Shown here: positions 63,551 through 64,000 of the stretch, piece after piece
Numbering within the stretch: the first letter of the stretch is position 1
Layout: each line of letters begins with the position of its first letter
Assembly (NCBI GenBank): GCA_030390025.1
Contig: JASTWF010000114.1
Location: 744,001 to 808,000, forward strand
Direction: 5' to 3'
Source: Squalus acanthias
Lineage: Eukaryota
Length of the DNA stretch: 64,000 nucleotides
The notes under the pieces: generated by a model
Seen by the model: only the letters and a program-made list of their open reading frames with translations
Told to the model about the DNA's origin: nothing
Databases searched by the model: none
Position numbers and translations under genes: made by a program

Positions 63551-64000
63551 CAGTAAATGTCGCAAGGTGCTTCACAAGAGCGTTTTCACAAAGAAATTTA
63601 ACTCCAAGCCACATGAGACCTAACGCTATATTAGGGCAGAAAACCAAATGCTTGGTCAAACAGGTAGGTTTTAACAAGTGTGTTGGAGGAGGAGAGAGAG
63701 GTAGGGAGGTGGAGAGTTTAAGGAAGGGAATTCCAGAGTTTAGGGCCCAGGCAGCTGATAGCACAGCGGGAACTTTTGAGAGATTGTAAATGTAGATGTT
63801 CAATAGGCCAGAAGTTATGGAGCGCAGATATCTCGGAGGCTTGTGGGGCTAGAGGCAATTACAGACATAAGGATAGTGAGGCAATGGAGGAATTTGAAAA
63901 CAAGGATGAGAAATTTTAAATGGAGGTGTTGCTTAACCGGGAGCCAATGTAGGTCAGCAAGCAGAGGGGTGATCATTTAACAGGTCTTGGTGCGCGTTAG

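Larger units (their letters stand above)
48600..64000 (+). repeat. Segmental duplication, right copy (interrupted by CR1 complex 56540-63550)
   Basis: Colinear with 1330-11440; alignment resumes at 63551 (AGTAAATGT.GCAAGGTGCTTCACAAG) matching ~10998. Confidence 0.9.

Overview
Eukaryotic genomic DNA, almost certainly from a cartilaginous fish (shark-type CR1/L2/Penelope repeats, HE1/V-SINE and Deu-type SINEs, and a sigma-cart/NS5-type Ig light chain). Spliced immune genes lie among the repeats, and the ORF track catches them only in fragments. (1) A germline-joined type I (sigma-cart) Ig light-chain cluster (octamer promoter, leader, fused VJ exon, C exon; 16.3-18.9 kb) carries three in-frame stops. 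(2) A convergent pair of NON-rearranging antigen-receptor-like genes has the layout leader-VJ(single exon, no RSS)-C1-stalk Cys-uncharged TM-cytoplasmic tail with a tyrosine motif. Gene A is on + (25377-30283, TLYAQL motif, nonsense codon just before the TM). Gene B is on - (49129-41255, ITIM ILYASL, ATG>GTG and a V-exon frameshift). They resemble the PRARP/'VJ-C1' class of putative pre-RAG receptor remnants. (3) Orphan pieces of further family members are present: a leader exon at 3.3 kb, an ITIM exon at 7.0 kb and a C1 fragment at 22.9 kb. A ~10 kb direct segmental duplication (about 1.3-11.4 kb vs 48.6-64 kb) suggests the IgL and the receptor pair are amplified together in a ~47-52 kb unit. 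A young Gypsy LTR element lies between genes A and B. It has apparently identical 194-bp LTRs, a 5-bp TSD, no tRNA PBS but an 11-bp self-complementary PBS position, and a tail-less CR1 fragment inside its RNase H. All exon models were read by eye; family names come from recalled similarity, not database searches.
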